Positions 36,091 to 47,948 are shown, counted from the stretch's first letter. The stretch is DNA of 49,280 nt from an uncultured Ruminococcus sp. (GCA_902761695.1 CACWLT010000001.1:1-49280), one strand, 5' to 3'. Program-made: numbers and translations. The notes: generated by a model not told the origin, from the letters alone.

Positions 36091-36129
36091 CGATACTGTT
36101 TTCGGTCGCCTGTACGGGTTTGACGCGCT

Positions 36130-39351
<3,222 letters not shown>

Positions 39352-39436
39352 TCATTCTCCGTGACGGCGTGCCGGAGCTGGGATAAAGGGAGGGCAATTT
39401 TTCCCGCTCCTCTCCCGCTTTTTTTCGGATATCCCC

Positions 39437-39465
39437 TTGACAAAACGAACGCCGTGCTGTATAAT
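39437..39465 (+). promoter_or_regulatory. Consensus sigmaA promoter of tRNA-Cys
   Basis: -35 TTGACA 39437-39442, 17-nt spacer, -10 TATAAT 39460-39465, 11 nt before the tRNA 5' end. Confidence 0.75.
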
Positions 39466-39476
39466 ATCATGTGTAC

Positions 39477-39548
39477 GGCGACATAGCCAAGCGGTAAGGC
39501 AGAGGTCTGCAAAACCTTCATTCTCCAGTTCGATTCTGGATGTCGCCT
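39477..39548 (+). tRNA. tRNA-Cys (anticodon GCA)
   Basis: Acceptor GGCGACA/TGTCGCC, D arm GCC-AAGCGGTAA-GGC, anticodon loop CTGCAAA, T arm TCCAG-TTCGATT-CTGGA. CCA is not encoded. Confidence 0.9.
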
Positions 39549-39549
39549 T

Positions 39550-39582
39550 CCCCGGTTCGGAAGAATCGGGGGTTTTCTTTTT
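39550..39582 (+). terminator. Terminator after tRNA-Cys
   Basis: CCCCGGTTC-GGAA-GAATCGGGG followed by GTTTTCTTTTT. Confidence 0.6.
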
Positions 39583-39714
39583 CCCACAGCTCCGGCGGAC
39601 GGCTTTTTTTCACAAAATCCGGTTCTCTTTTCATCTTTTCTTTCGTTTTTGCTTGCATTCCGGGTTCATATGTGGTACAATACAATCAGAATTTTTCTCT
39701 TCCGGGAGGATCAT

Positions 39715-40092
39715 ATGGCAACATTCATCGTCAAGCAGACCGCTACCGGCTTCAAGTTCGACCTCAAGACCGACGCCGGCGTTATCGCGACCTCCGAGGT
39801 GTACACCACCGAAGCCGCCTGCAAAAAGGGTGTGGACAGCGTGAAGAACAGCGCTGCCGGCGAGGTGGAGAACCAGACCGTCGAGGGCTTCGAGACCAAG
39901 AAGCATCCGAAGTTCGAGGTGTACGAGGACAAGGGCGGCGCGTTCCGCTATCGTCTGAAGGCCGCCAACGGTCAGATCATCGCCACCTGCGGCACCCTGG
40001 CCTACAAGACCGTGGACGAGGTCCTGGCCGTTGTGGAAGCCGTAAAGGCAGCCGCTCCCGACGCAGGCGTGCAGACCTTCGCCACCGTCTGA
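39715..40092 (+). CDS. YegP/DUF1508 family protein (two tandem DUF1508 repeats)
   Basis: ORF 39649..40092. ATG 39715 follows GGGAGGA. Repeats are FKFDLKTDAGVIATSEVYTTEAACKKGVDSVK and FRYRLKAANGQIIATCGTLAYKTVDEVLAVVEAVK. Confidence 0.75.
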   Translation: MATFIVKQTATGFKFDLKTDAGVIATSEVYTTEAACKKGVDSVKNSAAGEVENQTVEGFETKKHPKFEVYEDKGGAFRYRLKAANGQIIATCGTLAYKTVDEVLAVVEAVKAAAPDAGVQTFATV

Positions 40093-40119
40093 ACAACTCA
40101 GTACCAACAGCCGAAGAAG

Positions 40120-40146
40120 GGATCGCGGACCCCGCGGTCCTTTTTT
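40120..40146 (+). terminator. Rho-independent terminator after the YegP-like gene
   Basis: GGATCGCGG-ACC-CCGCGGTCC (9-bp stem, one G-T pair) followed by TTTTTT. Confidence 0.75.
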
Positions 40147-40192
40147 ACACCGCCAGACACCCCCCGGATTTTCCTTGACCAAACCATACTGA

Positions 40193-40582
40193 ATGATCGG
40201 AGTTATGCTTATGAACTGCCCTGAAAACAAATGCTGTCTCCGTACCCACGTCGAGACGACGCCGGACCGGGTCGCGGAAGACCTTACCGCCGCCGGACGC
40301 CGGTTGCTGATCCTCTACGGTTCCTCCCTCCCGGCCGATCTGCGCGAACGGCTGACGGAAAAAGGCCGCGACTTCCGGATTTTCGAAATGTCCGGCGCGG
40401 AGCCCTCCCCGCTTAATGAATCCGTACTGATCGGCGCTTCCATCTGCCGCCAGGAGAAAATCGAGGTCCTGCTGGCTGTCGGCGGTACCTGCGTGGTGGA
40501 CTTTGCCCTCCGCGTGGCCGACTGTTTCCGGGAACGGGATCCCTCCGGACACGGCGTGCATATCGTCCACCTCGCCGCGTAA
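40193..40582 (+). pseudogene. N-terminal fragment of an iron-containing alcohol dehydrogenase (about 125 aa of a typical ~380)
   Basis: RLLILYGSS...FEMSGAEPSPLNESVLIGASICRQEKIEVLLAVGGTCVVDFAL resembles the Fe-ADH N-terminal Rossmann part (GGGS-x-x-D motif degraded to GGTCVVD). The ORF ends soon after. No metal-binding His region. Confidence 0.5.
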
Positions 40583-40780
40583 AACGACGCCCGCGAACCG
40601 ATGCGCACCACGGTCCGGCGAAAAGTTACAGTAGTAGTCGCATAAAGACATTTTTTTTCAAAATCCGCACCGGAATTCCCGATTTAAGGCGGAGAAATAC
40701 AATGTCGGCTTGTTTTTTGAATTCTTTTATGCTATAATAAAATTAATAATTCTATACCCCCCCATGAAAAGGAAATCGCC

Positions 40781-41221
40781 ATGAACCGCACCGCAGAAGA
40801 AGCCCTCCGTCTTGACAATCAGCTTTGCTTCCCCCTCTACGCCGCTTCAAGAGAGGTCATCAAGCAGTACCATCCTCTCCTTGCCTCCCTCAACCTGACC
40901 TATACCCAGTATCTCGTCATGCTGGTCCTGTGGGAGAAGGCGCCCCTCAGCGAGAAGGAAATGGGCCTGAAGCTGCACCTCGACAGCGGCACGCTCACCC
41001 CCGTTCTGAAGAGCCTGGAAGCCAAGGGCTATATCCTCCGGACCCGTTCCAAGGAAGACGAGCGCGTGGTCTGCGTCCTTCTCACGGATGAAGGGGCCGC
41101 GCTGAAGAACCGCGCCGGTGACGTTCCCGCCCAGATCGGCGCCTGCATCCCCCTGACGGAGGAGGAAGCCGTCACCCTGCATACCCTGCTCTATAAGATC
41201 CTGGACAGCGAAGAAAAATAA
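40781..41221 (+). CDS. MarR family transcriptional regulator, OhrR-like
   Basis: 146 aa. LDNQLCFPLYAASR (reactive Cys context of OhrR) and winged-helix LTYTQYLVMLVLWE...LDSGTLTPVLKSLEAKGYI. Confidence 0.8.
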   Translation: MNRTAEEALRLDNQLCFPLYAASREVIKQYHPLLASLNLTYTQYLVMLVLWEKAPLSEKEMGLKLHLDSGTLTPVLKSLEAKGYILRTRSKEDERVVCVLLTDEGAALKNRAGDVPAQIGACIPLTEEEAVTLHTLLYKILDSEEK

Positions 41222-41287
41222 AGAGCGACCGTTGCCTACGGGGGGATTTCCGCAACAGGAAAATCCCCCCGTTTTTTATAAAATCCC

Positions 41288-41316
41288 TTGACAAACCGGC
41301 GTCCCGGTGCTATAAT
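41288..41316 (+). promoter_or_regulatory. Consensus sigmaA promoter of the tRNA-Thr/tRNA-Tyr pair
   Basis: -35 TTGACA 41288-41293, 17-nt spacer, -10 TATAAT 41311-41316. Confidence 0.75.
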
Positions 41317-41356
41317 GTACAGGCATTCAGTCGGATGAACCGGTTGATGTGAACAT

Positions 41357-41428
41357 GCTGGTGTGGCTCAATGGCAGAGCAGCTGATTTGTAATCAGCAG
41401 GTTGTTGGTTCGACTCCGATCACCAGCT
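41357..41428 (+). tRNA. tRNA-Thr (anticodon TGT)
   Basis: Acceptor GCTGGTG/CACCAGC, D arm GCTC-AATGGCA-GAGC, anticodon arm GCTGA-TTTGTAA-TCAGC, T loop TTCGACT. Confidence 0.9.
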
Positions 41429-41465
41429 TGAGCGCAGCCCGGAACAAATTCCGTGCTGCCCTTAC

Positions 41466-41547
41466 GGGGGAATTCCCGAGTGGCCAAAGGGGACAGACTG
41501 TAAATCTGCTGGCACCGCCTTCGGTGGTTCGAATCCACCTTCCCCCA
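41466..41547 (+). tRNA. tRNA-Tyr (anticodon GTA), long variable arm
   Basis: Acceptor GGGGGAA/TTCCCCC, anticodon loop CTGTAAA, variable arm GGCACCGCC, T arm GGTGG-TTCGAAT-CCACC. Confidence 0.9.
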
Positions 41548-41560
41548 TCCAAATAAAAAC

Positions 41561-41587
41561 GGACGCCTCGCGCGTCCATTTTTATTT
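41561..41587 (+). terminator. Terminator after the tRNA pair
   Basis: GGACGC-CTCGC-GCGTCC followed by ATTTTTATTT. Confidence 0.65.
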
Positions 41588-41595
41588 GGATTCCG

Positions 41596-41885
41596 ATCAG
41601 GTGGATTCGAAGGGCGCGTGTCAGAAACCAGTCCGGGGGACTGTTTTCCCGCGCCCCGGCCGATCCGAGGATCGGCGAATCCACCGCCGTTAAAGCTCAG
41701 CTGTCCCGCATCCCCCTCCTGCGAATTCCGCGCCCCGGCCAAACTGTCAGTAAACTGACACCGCAGATCGGCGCCGATTGAAAATCGGAGATCCACCGTC
41801 ACTAACTCAAAGCTGTCCCGCGTCCCCCTTCTCTGGTACCCGCTCACCCGGATTCGAAGGGCGCGTGTCAGAAAACAGTCTCCCC
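41596..41885 (+). repeat. Block of interspersed direct repeats with tRNA-fragment-like words
   Basis: GGATTCGAAGGGCGCGTGTCAGAAA(C/A)CAGTC at 41603-41634 and 41850-41880. CGCGCCCCGGCC at 41650-41661 and 41729-41740. ATCCACCG..AAAGCT..CTGTCCCGC(A/G)TCCCCCT at about 41669-41710 and 41781-41830. Several small hairpins lie between them. Confidence 0.6.
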
Positions 41886-41886
41886 C

Positions 41887-41915
41887 TTGCACATCCCCGC
41901 CCGATGGTGTATAAT
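41887..41915 (+). promoter_or_regulatory. sigmaA promoter of the DUF3592 gene
   Basis: -35 TTGCAC 41887-41892, 17-nt spacer, extended -10 TGTATAAT (hexamer at 41910-41915). Confidence 0.6.
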
Positions 41916-41961
41916 AAACCCGCCGGCCAACACCCCCATCATCCTTACGGAGGACCGCATC

Positions 41962-42384
41962 ATGAGCAGAAAAACCACCCTGATCCTGGCCATCGTTTTC
42001 GGCGTGATCCTGTTCGGCTTCGGACTGTACCTGTCCTTCTTTGAAACCAGAGGATTCGTCCGTACCACCGCGATAATCGAACAGATCGAGGAGACCTGGA
42101 CGGGCACGGACGGGGACGGATACGACCTGTACGACCATGAGGTCCTGGTGTCCTATACCGTGGACGGCGTGACCAGACAGAGCAGGCTGGACACCTGGAG
42201 CGCCGATTACGAGGTCGGCAAGCGGGTCCGGATCTATTACGATCCCGCCGATCCCGAAAAGATCCACGGTGACAGCAGAAAGCTCGGCATGATCCTCTGG
42301 ATCGCCGGACCCGTCGTTGCGGCCGTCTCCGCCGTGACCCTCGTCCGGGAGAGCCGGAAAAAGGAAGAGCAGCCCGCCGTGTAA
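41962..42384 (+). CDS. DUF3592-like membrane protein
   Basis: ORF 41887..42384. ATG 41962 follows GGAGGA. TM - beta-rich domain - TM layout (LILAIVFGVILFGFGLYL ... RVRIYYDPADPEKI ... ILWIAGPVVAAVSAV). Confidence 0.65.
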   Translation: MSRKTTLILAIVFGVILFGFGLYLSFFETRGFVRTTAIIEQIEETWTGTDGDGYDLYDHEVLVSYTVDGVTRQSRLDTWSADYEVGKRVRIYYDPADPEKIHGDSRKLGMILWIAGPVVAAVSAVTLVRESRKKEEQPAV

Positions 42385-42484
42385 ATCCGGATCCGAAACT
42401 GTAAACAGCGGTCTTCGCTCCCATATTGCGCCTTCTTTCGTTTTTCACCTCCTGCCGCCGGAACATCCTGAAGCCTTCACCGTA

Positions 42485-42537
42485 CAAAAAACCGGACGTG
42501 TCATGCCTCGCCGAAGCATACCACGTCCGGTTTTTTT
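42485..42537. terminator. Bidirectional terminator between convergent genes
   Basis: AAAAAA-CCGGACGTG (42492-42500) pairs with CACGTCCGG (42522-42530), followed by TTTTTTT. Confidence 0.7.
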
Positions 42538-42550
42538 ATTCGCGCCGGGA

Positions 42551-45103
42551 TCAGTTCCCTTCCTCCTCCGCCAGAGGGACCGCGCCCTCCAGCATATCGG
42601 TCTCCGAAATCCGGCCGTCCTTCAGAAGGAACGTGCGGATGGCGAAGGGCTCGAAGTCGGCGTCGAAGGCCAATCCGGCGGCAGGCAGATCGACGTGGGC
42701 TTTCACGGCGATCCCCTGGGCCTCGTAAAGCCGGAGGATCCAGGCGTCCCCGTCCCGCTCGCTCCGCTTGAAGCAGGAGAGAACGACATTTTCCACATCG
42801 ATCGTGCAGAGGGGCGCGGGCTTCTCCCCGTCTCCCGAAGGACAGAAGGCGAATCCGTAGGGCGTCCGGTTCCACATGGCCGCCTCACGATCCACATTTT
42901 TGAAGCGCTCCTCCCGTTCGCCGCCGGTGAGACGGAAACGGTACCGCCGTTCGCCCTGATCCATTCGCTGCTGGTACATGGGCTCGTGGAAGGGCTCTCC
43001 CCAGGCGGACCGGCCGGAACCGTAGCCGGCGGACCGGAGCAGGGTCACCCGGAGCACGCCGTCTGAAAAGTCAGAACCGTAAACGCCGTCGTCCAGCACG
43101 GTCAAAGCGCGCTCCTCATCGGCGACGGCCTGCCAGTACTGAGAGAAGGTGTCCTCTCCGCGGCTGCCCGGGGTGAGCTTTTCCCGCCCGAACATGGTCA
43201 TGCCGAAATGACCGCTGTTTTCAAGCGCCGTGGGGATCCGCAGCTTCAGCCGCTTCTCGTTCTCCGCCCAGAAGACCCGGACCTCTATGTCAAGGGCCCC
43301 CGAGATTTTGCCGACGATATACCGCACCAAGGCCCGGGAACCGCCGTATTTCATGTCGGCCTCGATGACCGTTTCGACCTCTCCCTCCTCCACGGCGCGG
43401 ACGGGGGAGACGATCTGTCCCTTGACGCCGGAGAAGTCCGTGGCCTCGCCGGGAGTCATGAGGGTGAAGCGGCCCTCGGGATAGCGGAGATCCAGCTCCG
43501 GATGGCCGTCCCAGCAGGAAATGGCGTCCCGGAAGACCTCCAGGGACAGCGCCCCGGGTTTCAGATACTCGGTCCCGTCCACAACATAGGAATCGACAAG
43601 TCCCGTGCGGGTGTTGACAACCACCTGTCCCCGGGCGGTATCCACCGTCAGAAGATTGCGCCGCTCCCATTTCTCCCGGCCTTCCCATCGCTCCCGGTTC
43701 GCCTGCTCCACCGTGGGGGCGGGACGGGCGGGGATGGTCTCGAACTTCACGTCGAAGCGGGTGACGGAGAAGGGAGAGAGCGGGTGCTCGATGATGATCC
43801 GCTTGCACCAGTCCATGTAGAAGTTGCCGCTCTCCTTCGCCTGCTGGCAGGGCACCCTGACGCCGTCCATATACGCGATGGGATTGGAGAAGTCCTTGTG
43901 CCACATCTGCCGGGGCAAAAGGAACTCCACGTCCACGGGCTGGGTATAGGGGAACGGATGGGGATTGTACAGAAGGATCGGCACCGTGTCCCCGTCGGAA
44001 ACCGGCTCCTGTCCGGCACACAGGGCCAGGAAGTACTTCGATTTCAGCTTGTTCGTGATCTCCAGGCCGTGGTGGAGCATCCGGATCACGTCCTCCTCCA
44101 CGGGCTGGATGCAGGAGCCGGGCAGGGAGTCGTGGAACTCCGCAAAGAGAAGATCCCGCCAGGCGTCGTCCAGCTTCTCCTTCTCATAGACGGACAGCCC
44201 GCTGAGCGCCGCGTGGGACGCCATGGCCTCCGTCATGCAGAGGTCGTTCTCCAGCCTCCGGTGCAGCTGCTTGATCCGGATGATGGACGTGTAGCAGCCC
44301 TCCATCAGGTGGTTCAGCCCCCGGTTGACCACGGGCAGGGACGCCCGGTCGACGGTTTTGAAATAGTCGTCCGGGGTGGAGTGGACGAGGTCGGCGCCGG
44401 ACGCACGCAGAGCCGCGATGTCGTCCAGATCCTTCCGGGAGGGGCCGCCGCCGTGATTGCCCACCCCCCAGAGATAGAGGGCGTTTTCCTCGTTCTCATG
44501 GCGCTTCAGCCAGCCGGGACGATCCTCCGTGCCCGAGAGCTCCTCCGCCGCCTGCCCGAGGACGGAGTTATACCCCTTGTCGGAGCGGTGGACCAGGATC
44601 TCCGATCCGTCGTACCCGGTCCAGAGGAAGTCCTCGTTCGGGAAGTCGTAGTTCCCCCGGCCCGGGCGGATGTTGACGTAGTGCCGATAGCCGCACTGAC
44701 GGAGCACCTGCACCAGCCCCCGGGCGTGTCCGAAGGAATCCACGTTCACCGCCGTCACGGGGACCTCGCCGAATTTGTCGTAAAAATAGATTCGCCCTCT
44801 GAGGATCTGCCGCACGATGGACTCCCCCGCCGGGATGTTGCAGTCCGGCTGCAGGAACCATCCGCCGACGATCTTCCACCGGCCGGACTTCACCTGCTCC
44901 CGGATCTTTTCAAAGAGGGCGGGCTCGTGCTCCTCCACCCATTCGTAGAGGAGGGATTCGTTGTGGTTGAAGATGAAATCGGGGTATTCGTCGATTAGGC
45001 GCGCGGCGGAGCGGAAGGTGGAAATGGCCTCGCTCATGCCGCTCTCCCACTGCCAGAGCCACACGGGATCCAGGTGGGCGTTGCAGAACATATAGGTTTT
45101 CAT
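42551..45103 (-). CDS. alpha-mannosidase, glycoside hydrolase family 38
   Basis: 850 aa with RBS GGAGG. N-terminus CNAHLDPVWLWQWESG....GGWFLQPDCNIP is typical of GH38. No signal peptide. Confidence 0.9.
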   Translation of the reverse strand: MKTYMFCNAHLDPVWLWQWESGMSEAISTFRSAARLIDEYPDFIFNHNESLLYEWVEEHEPALFEKIREQVKSGRWKIVGGWFLQPDCNIPAGESIVRQILRGRIYFYDKFGEVPVTAVNVDSFGHARGLVQVLRQCGYRHYVNIRPGRGNYDFPNEDFLWTGYDGSEILVHRSDKGYNSVLGQAAEELSGTEDRPGWLKRHENEENALYLWGVGNHGGGPSRKDLDDIAALRASGADLVHSTPDDYFKTVDRASLPVVNRGLNHLMEGCYTSIIRIKQLHRRLENDLCMTEAMASHAALSGLSVYEKEKLDDAWRDLLFAEFHDSLPGSCIQPVEEDVIRMLHHGLEITNKLKSKYFLALCAGQEPVSDGDTVPILLYNPHPFPYTQPVDVEFLLPRQMWHKDFSNPIAYMDGVRVPCQQAKESGNFYMDWCKRIIIEHPLSPFSVTRFDVKFETIPARPAPTVEQANRERWEGREKWERRNLLTVDTARGQVVVNTRTGLVDSYVVDGTEYLKPGALSLEVFRDAISCWDGHPELDLRYPEGRFTLMTPGEATDFSGVKGQIVSPVRAVEEGEVETVIEADMKYGGSRALVRYIVGKISGALDIEVRVFWAENEKRLKLRIPTALENSGHFGMTMFGREKLTPGSRGEDTFSQYWQAVADEERALTVLDDGVYGSDFSDGVLRVTLLRSAGYGSGRSAWGEPFHEPMYQQRMDQGERRYRFRLTGGEREERFKNVDREAAMWNRTPYGFAFCPSGDGEKPAPLCTIDVENVVLSCFKRSERDGDAWILRLYEAQGIAVKAHVDLPAAGLAFDADFEPFAIRTFLLKDGRISETDMLEGAVPLAEEEGN

Positions 45104-45129
45104 AGATGCCTCCGGTGTTTCCGGTACCT

Positions 45130-45540
45130 CCGGATCGTAATGATAGTGTGTTCACACTATTAAGGAAAGAAAACTTTCCTTCGCATAAGGAAACAAACGC
45201 TGCGCGTTTGGAAACGGTTTATGCCCCTACGCGGGGCAGGCGCGGGGGAGGGACACCATCTCAGGCCGAAGGTGCCCCTCCCCCGAGGGTCCCCCTTGGC
45301 CGAGGAGCATAATCCTGGCTACCCATATCTGAATCGAAAATCGATTGTACATCCCATGTCCACGCACGGAGAATGCAAAGCATTCTCCTGGAGTTGCTTT
45401 GCAACTCCAGCGGACCACGGTGCGTCAGCTGAAACATACGTGAAACTACGTCAAGGACGCAGTTTCACGGTTTCCTGCGCCGACGCAGTCGCGCTGGAGC
45501 CTCGGAAACAGCGATCGAAGCGCGCATTGGGCAAGGTGCT
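45130..45540 (-). ncRNA. Candidate structured RNA / hairpin-rich repeat element, copy B
   Basis: The reverse complement aligns with copy A over its whole length. Big stem-loop at 45244-45284, terminal hairpin at 45194-45210, palindrome ATAGTGTG-TT-CACACTAT at 45143-45160. There is an extra ~27-nt insertion (45161-45190) duplicating the CTTTCCT region. The 3' end lies about 30 nt upstream of the GH38 start codon on the same strand. Confidence 0.55.
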
Positions 45541-45599
45541 GGACTTTGAACTTCGCTGTTCTATTCAAAGACAGATTTGAATTCGCGAGGCTGAACTAT

Positions 45600-45935
45600 C
45601 AGTCTCATCTTTTCTCCTTCGCGACCGTGTAATGCGCGTTTCGATCGCTGTTTGCGTCGCCGGCCCGGCAGAGCAAACCGATGAACTTCGTCCCCGACGG
45701 AGTTCATCGCATGTTTCAACTGTACTAACACAGTCCGCGCGAGGACATGAGATACACAATCGATTTTCGATTCAGCTACGAGCTGTCAGGTTATGCCATA
45801 CGGCCAAGGAAACCCCCGCACGGGGGGAAACCTTCGGCCTGAGATGGTGTCCCCCCGTGCCTCCCGCCCTGAGCAAGGGCATTCAATTTGAAACGCGCAG
45901 CGTTTCTTTCCTTTTCGTGTGAACCCACTATAGTA
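45600..45935 (+). ncRNA. Candidate structured RNA / hairpin-rich repeat element, copy C (about 60-nt internal deletion)
   Basis: Aligns with copy A. Stems at 45650-45655/45673-45678, 45680-45687/45701-45708 and 45818-45832/45846-45860, terminal hairpin at 45890-45906, degenerate palindrome at 45916-45933. It lacks the two hairpins found at 7380-7424 in A. It is divergent (head-to-head) with copy B. Confidence 0.55.
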
Positions 45936-47069
45936 TCAGTCCTTCAGAAGTTCGCAGACCATCTCCAGGTTCTTTATGATCTCCAGATGCTGGGGACATT
46001 TGCTCTCGCAGGCGCCGCAGCCGATGCAGTCGTCAAAGGTCTTGCCGCCGTGGCGCACGTAGTCCCGCCACATGTTCTTCGCGTGCTCCTTCAGGCCGTA
46101 GACATTGTAATAGGTGTACATCTCGAAGATCCGGGGGATGTCGATGTCCATGGTGCAGGGCTGGCAGTAGCGGCACCCGGTGCAGTAGAGCTCGGAGAAC
46201 TTTTTGATCTCCTCCATGGCGCGGCCCAGCTGTTCCCATTCCTCCGCGGAGAAGGCCGTGTCGTCGGAGGCCACCTTCACGTTCTTCTGCACCATGTCCA
46301 GGGTCTGCATGCCGGAGAGAGCGCAGCAGAGGTCCGGATTGCCCAGGCAGAACTTGAAGGCCAGCTCGTAGGTGGCGATGGATTCCTTGCCGGTCAGCTT
46401 GGCGTAGAGATCGGTGGGAGCCGCCAGCCGTCCGCCGCCCACGGGCCCCATGGCCACGGTGCCCAGTCCCTTTTCGTGGACGTACTTCATCATCTCCTCG
46501 TTGGAGCGGTCCAGCAGGTTGTACTGGCAGAGCATGGACTCCATGGGGATGCCCCTGGCCTCGGCGGTGTCCGCGATGTACTTTATGGCCGACGGATGGT
46601 CGTGGAAGGAGAAGGAGATATGGCGGATCAGCCCTTCCTCCTTAGCCTTCGCCGCCTCCTCCAGCAGGCCCTCTCCCAGGATCAGATCGTCGAACACGCC
46701 CCGGCTGATGCCCCAGAAGTGGTAAAAATCGATGTGGTCGGTCCCCAGCTGCGTCAGGCTGGATTCCAGGCGGCGGCGGTATCCTTCCCTGCCCATGCCC
46801 TTGTCCATGGGACATTTTGTGGAGATGAGGATCCTGTCCCGGAAGTCCTTCACGGCCTTGCCCAGAGCGGCCTCGCTGTGCTGGCTGCAGTAGCCGGGCG
46901 CCGTGTCGAAGTAGTTGACGCCGTTGTCGCAGGCATAGCGGATCATCTCGTCCACCTTGTCCTGATCCACCAGCATGCCGTCGCCCTCCTTATATTCGGG
47001 GAAGCGCATGCAGCCGAAGCCCAGGGCGGATATCTTCTCGCCGGTCTTGCCGAATTCGCGGTAGTTCAT
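45936..47069 (-). CDS. aldo/keto reductase with C-terminal 4Fe-4S ferredoxin-type cluster motifs
   Basis: 377 aa. The AKR N-terminus is REFGKTGEKISALGFGCMRF...YFDTAPGY. The C-terminus has CTGCRYCQPC and CIGCGACESKCP. Confidence 0.85.
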   Translation of the reverse strand: MNYREFGKTGEKISALGFGCMRFPEYKEGDGMLVDQDKVDEMIRYACDNGVNYFDTAPGYCSQHSEAALGKAVKDFRDRILISTKCPMDKGMGREGYRRRLESSLTQLGTDHIDFYHFWGISRGVFDDLILGEGLLEEAAKAKEEGLIRHISFSFHDHPSAIKYIADTAEARGIPMESMLCQYNLLDRSNEEMMKYVHEKGLGTVAMGPVGGGRLAAPTDLYAKLTGKESIATYELAFKFCLGNPDLCCALSGMQTLDMVQKNVKVASDDTAFSAEEWEQLGRAMEEIKKFSELYCTGCRYCQPCTMDIDIPRIFEMYTYYNVYGLKEHAKNMWRDYVRHGGKTFDDCIGCGACESKCPQHLEIIKNLEMVCELLKD

Positions 47070-47210
47070 ACTGTATTCCTTTCTTACATAATAGTCTCAA
47101 AAAAACGCGTTGATCCATAATACACTATTTTTAAGGATTTGTCAAGGCTTTTGCAAAATCGTATTACCCGTCAGGGACCGTTTATTCCCGCCCGGTTTGA
47201 TAAAATCGTC

Positions 47211-47239
47211 TTGCGCCGGGGGAGCGGATATGGTATAAT
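47211..47239 (+). promoter_or_regulatory. sigmaA promoter of the acetyltransferase gene
   Basis: -35 TTGCGC 47211-47216, 17-nt spacer, -10 TATAAT 47234-47239. Confidence 0.5.
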
Positions 47240-47309
47240 GACTGAAAAACCCGCCCGTCCGGGAGACGAAAACCGGACCGGTCCCGAAAGAGCGGAAGGG
47301 AGGACGGTC

Positions 47310-47810
47310 ATGCTGTCCGTTCAGATCAAAAAAGCAGAGCGCAAGGATATCGACGGGATCCTTTCGATTTACAACGAAGAGGTGGAAAACGGCATCGCCA
47401 CTCTGGCCACGGAGCCCATGACCCCGGAGGACGGGATGCGCTGGCTGGCGGAGCACGAAGGAGGAAACCGCTGCGCCTTTGTCGCTGTTCTCGACGGGCA
47501 GGTGGTCGGGTATGTCTCCCTGTCCCGCTTCTCCCCCCGGGGCGGATACGACAGAACGGCGGAGCTGTCCATCTACGTAGCCAAACCGTTCCGCGGACAG
47601 GGGATAGCCGGCCAGCTGATGGCATTCATCCTCCGCCGGGCCGAAGCGGATCCCGCCGCCCACGCCGTGGTCTCCATCATCACTGCCGACAACACCGCCA
47701 GCCGGAACCTGCACGAGAAGTTCGGCTTCCGTCACATCGGCAGGCTGAAGGAGGCCGGGTGGAAATTCGGCATCGCCCTGGACGTGGACTATTACGAACG
47801 GATGGTGTGA
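47310..47810 (+). CDS. GNAT family N-acetyltransferase (phosphinothricin-acetyltransferase-like)
   Basis: ORF 47139..47810. ATG 47310 follows GGGAGGA. IYNEEVENGIATLATEPMT...RGQGIAGQLM...NTASRNLHEKFGFRHIG. Confidence 0.8.
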   Translation: MLSVQIKKAERKDIDGILSIYNEEVENGIATLATEPMTPEDGMRWLAEHEGGNRCAFVAVLDGQVVGYVSLSRFSPRGGYDRTAELSIYVAKPFRGQGIAGQLMAFILRRAEADPAAHAVVSIITADNTASRNLHEKFGFRHIGRLKEAGWKFGIALDVDYYERMV

Positions 47811-47837
47811 ACGGAACCGGGAAATCCGCAAAAGGGC

Positions 47838-47866
47838 TTGCTATTTTCGGAAGATTGTGTTATACT
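47838..47866 (+). promoter_or_regulatory. sigmaA promoter of the aldo/keto reductase gene
   Basis: -35 TTGCTA 47838-47843, 17-nt spacer, -10 TATACT 47861-47866. Confidence 0.55.
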
Positions 47867-47948
47867 GTTATAAATAGTACGCTATCTTCGCATTGTTTAT
47901 CCGGCGACGGATCATCCCGGGATCATCCCGACTGATAAGGAGCACCAC

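Noticed and set aside
39370-39430. Terminator-like GGGAGGG...CCTCTCCC + TTTTTTT on the plus strand just upstream of the tRNA-Cys promoter
   Set aside because: No plus-strand gene or recognisable RNA lies upstream of it. The stem is imperfect. It could insulate the tRNA promoter, but the evidence is too weak to call a feature.
41368-42267. 299-aa minus-strand ORF spanning both tRNAs and the repeat block
   Set aside because: It runs antisense through two tRNA genes, a terminator and the DUF3592 gene, and has no protein-like features.
45130-45540. Copy B as a T-box or riboswitch leader of the GH38 gene
   Set aside because: No T-box sequence (AATTAGGGTGGTACCGCG-like) or known riboswitch core is visible. 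Copies A, C and E have no co-oriented downstream gene. A leader role for B alone is kept only as a possibility.
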